DNA from: Amoebophrya sp. A120
Taxonomy: Eukaryota > Protista > Dinoflagellata
Direction of reading: 5' to 3'
Assembly: GCA_905178155.1 (NCBI GenBank)
Contig: CAJINV010000008.1
Span: forward strand, 1,860,001 to 1,924,000
Length of the DNA stretch: 64,000 bases
Shown here: piece after piece, positions 60,958-64,000 of the stretch
How positions within the stretch are numbered: position 1 is the first letter of the stretch
How the letters are laid out: every line of letters begins with the position of its first letter
The notes under the pieces: generated by a model
Databases searched by the model: none
What the model was told of the DNA's origin: nothing
The model's input: only the letters and a program-made list of their open reading frames with translations
Position numbers and translations under genes: made by a program

Positions 60958-62998
60958 CTGTGCAGCAGCCCGGTCCTCTTTTCTCTCCGTGCCAGATGTT
61001 TTCGTCGCCTCACTTCCGCGCTCATTTTATTTTCTTCCTTGGCAGCTTGACTCCCGCCGAACAGCTTCTCCCGCAAGAAGTAGTCCGCACCGAGGTTGCT
61101 CAACCTTCGCGGGCAGACGCCCGGCATAGGCTCGTAGCGACCTATCTTCGCACGGTAGTACGCCCAGTTGCTGTTGGTGGCCGTGGCTGCACCGCCGCCC
61201 TCGCGACAGGGGGCCGCGAACGTTTCGGCTTTCGGAAACGTCTTCTCCGTAAACAGCGGGGACGGCAGGTTGGTGAAAAAGTGCACGTTCGCAACCAGCT
61301 GCTCCAACGCGGTCGTGTATTTCAGTGACCACTGCAGCAATGCAAGCGCGGAGAAATTCGACGCGTGCTCCTCCTTAGTAGTTGCCGGTTTTATTATTTT
61401 CGATGTAGTTGCGTCTGTTCTACTACTCGGTGCAAAACTTCCTTTCATCGCGGTTACCGTCTGGTCGGTCTTCTTTGATGCTGGTGCGGTTTTTTTACCA
61501 GGAGAACTTTTCGCTGGAGTAGACGCTGTTTCTGTCGCCTTGTCCTGCGCGGCCCCGGCGTCGCGGCCGAACCCCTTGGTATTCCAGCTACCGATATCAA
61601 ATGCAAAAATGTCTCGGTCTGGAAGATTGCCAGCTTTGTCATGCATATTTCTCATGATCCATGATGCCTGTAATGCATGACCTAGCCTCAAAGACTTTTA
61701 GAGGGCGTCCTGATGCATCTTCCGCATGAGAAATGCCCTGTCCGTGTAGCACAAACCGGACCCCTCTTGCTGGTCATGCAATACAAATTTTTTTAGAGTT
61801 CAAAAACAGCATGACAAATCTCGCAATCTTCCAGACCCAGACATTTTTGCATTTGATAACCGAACGCACCCTCGGTGATCAGCGAGGGATGGTAGGTGAG
61901 CTGGCGACTGGATCCCTTGGGCAGGAAATACGTGTAGGGCACCACTTCCTTGCTGTCGAACTTCAGCACGTACTGCATCAACTCCTTGGAAATCATGTAT
62001 CCCCGCCCGCACAGATTTGAGCTGTGATACAGGTTCTCGGACAACGCGCCATGGATCTTGCAAATTCCCGTTTTATGGAACCGGATCACGTCCCATCCAG
62101 ACTCGACCACCTGAAGGAGGTCCTGAATCACTGACGGCGTAAAGTGGCTGTTCACCTGAGAGAGATTCATTTTTTCGGTATGTCAGTACTTGTGTTGACG
62201 AGAGGCATTTGATGGATTTGATTTGAAATTTTACTTCAGTGGCTGCACTTCTGAATGCCTCATTCTGCAACTGAATCTGAAGTTATCTTCGCTATACAGT
62301 CCTTTCCTATTCCTATTCCTAGTACGCTTCTTGCATGTTCGCATAATCATTCTTCAACAGTAGGGCGACGGGAATTTCATTTGTACAACATCTTCATCTT
62401 GTTCAAAGCGCCTGTTTCCTGCTCATCCTAAATTATCGAAAAGGGGAATTATTCCACCGTACCTTCACGTCATCTTCGAAGATGATCGCCGCCTTCAGAT
62501 TGGGGCTGCTCTCGACCGCTTTCTGGTACAAAGCCATGTGGCTTCGCGTGCAACCTAACACGCCACCTTCCGGATCCAGATCTGCAACGTGGTAGTGCAC
62601 CTTACAGCCCATGAACTCATCGGCCTTGTCGGGACTTTGCGCGAATTTACCTGAAGATGCCAAAGATAAACCATTTTCGTTCTCATGCATATCGAACCCA
62701 AGAAGTGCACACGAGCATACAAGAAAATAATCCCACTTTCTTGCTATCCGTGGATAATTGCTAGGCCACCTACTCGCCAGGCGGATTCAAAATCGACGCC
62801 TCGTTGATAACGCAAAAACTTCAAATCATTCATACCGACTTGCTCCCGCCACCCATGTTCGAAAAACGCGCGTCGCTCTGGGCACGTTCGCAAGCTGATC
62901 ATACCGATAAACAATTCGGCCGACACATCGCCCTCCGGTCCACCCGAGGTGACGGCCGGGCCGGTGTCTACTTTCTTCTGTGCCATTACCGGTGCCAT
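60958..62998 (-). CDS. Glycosyltransferase family 25-like domain (N-terminal module of the putative fusion gene)
   Basis: MISLRTCPERR, GVLGCTRSHMALY, AIIFEDDV, WDVIRF, CGRGYMIS. Two GT-AG introns and one introner keep the frame. Confidence 0.8.
61595..61858. mobile_element. Introner element, family C (264 bp, TSD ACCGA)
   Basis: TIRs TATCAAATGCAAAAATGTCTCGGTCTGGAAGATTGC / GCAATCTTCCAGACCCAGACATTTTTGCATTTGATA. Removal gives ITEGAFG|SWNTKGFG. Confidence 0.93.
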
Positions 62999-64000
62999 GG
63001 TCCACTGATTTTCAAAATCTCAAAAACGACCGATTTCCTTACGGGCTTATTCCAGCGTCCCGTACCTTCAAAAAGTAATACGGGCCGACCATACAGTGAC
63101 CGTAGCCCTGTCAATATCTTACACGACGAGCAGACAAGGGTGACTTTTTGCAAGCCAAGTTGTCTTGTTTCGTGATGGGAAATTGTTGTATCCGATTTTC
63201 TTTTATTCCTCGTCGCGTAAGTACTCAACTTCTACTTGACGACCGCCGTACAGCAGCCCTCACAATTGCCTTTCGCAAGCTCTAGCACCGAGCCACTGCT
63301 ACTGCAGAAGGAGCGAATGCTCTTCTACAGTCAAAAAATAAATCCGCGTCTACTCTTGAAACAGAATAGGCGAGACCTATCAGTAGTGGTTTAGTGTAGC
63401 CGTGCGACAATTAATATCAGGCGCTGTGCCGCTCTCTGATGAAGTATTCAAACTCCTGCTCTCAGAATGATGAAGTTGATGAAGCTAACTATCGCAGGAG
63501 CTTCTTCTCCACTTAGAAGTCCTTCAGCTTTCCACCCGACGGATGAAAATGTGGAACGATGCCAGGTTTTTGAGAATGTTGAAAAAAAAGTAGTTGTAAT
63601 GGAGTCTACTATTCCACGACTAGCAAGAAGCCACCCGGTGCCCCACCAAACAGGAGGGCACCACAGGCTTTTCCTTATCCAGAATAGTGTGAATGCTGAT
63701 GTATGAGGCGATTGATATCAGGTGTATGTTTCCAAAAATCCAAGGGGAAATAGTCATGGGGCTCGCTATTACATCTAAAATGTCCTATACAGGTTTCTTC
63801 AAATATTATGCTTTGGGATTTCTATGAGTTTTATGAGTCAGGTGCTGGTCAGCAGGTAAGGTGCAAATGGTTTTTGCGTGTAGATCCTACTACTCAAAGA
63901 ATCGATGGCCAACTAAAAGTCTACCACAGCTTTAAAAATCTCTCGCCCAAAGAAAAATTCAGATTTCTCTCGCAACCGTAAAAAAGCCATCTCTCTCGGA

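Noticed and set aside
1-64000. Prokaryotic operon or defence-system interpretation, rRNA/tRNA genes, dinoflagellate spliced-leader relics
   Set aside because: Spliceosomal introns and eukaryote-specific genes exclude a prokaryotic source. I saw no rRNA, tRNA or SL motif by eye, but no scan was run.

Overview
This is eukaryotic, intron-rich genomic DNA, and every recognisable gene lies on the minus strand. The alveolate-type UBC8, the unidirectional gene block and the non-GT-AG introns made of TAT...ATA inverted-repeat elements point to a syndinean dinoflagellate such as Amoebophrya (inference, no search run). Genes: a UBC8/UBE2H-like E2 enzyme, CCDC180/CFAP76-like, a divergent kinesin, a Gfo/Idh/MocA oxidoreductase and several unknown proteins. 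Three highlights. (1) At least 7 intact and 3 decayed 'introner' elements from 3 families; the intact ones are 253-327 bp with TAT-N7-AAAA termini and 5-bp target duplications. Removing an element plus one duplication restores the reading frame in every case I checked. (2) A roughly 10.5 kb locus (52481-62998) that appears to splice into one ~2,200-aa four-enzyme fusion: GT25 glycosyltransferase + FAD sarcosine-oxidase-like + ICMT/PEMT-like membrane methyltransferase + cytochrome P450. (3) A tandem array of three divergent PARG/macrodomain-like genes, two of them paired with a duplicated unknown gene. Exon boundaries were reconstructed by eye, and several remain unresolved.
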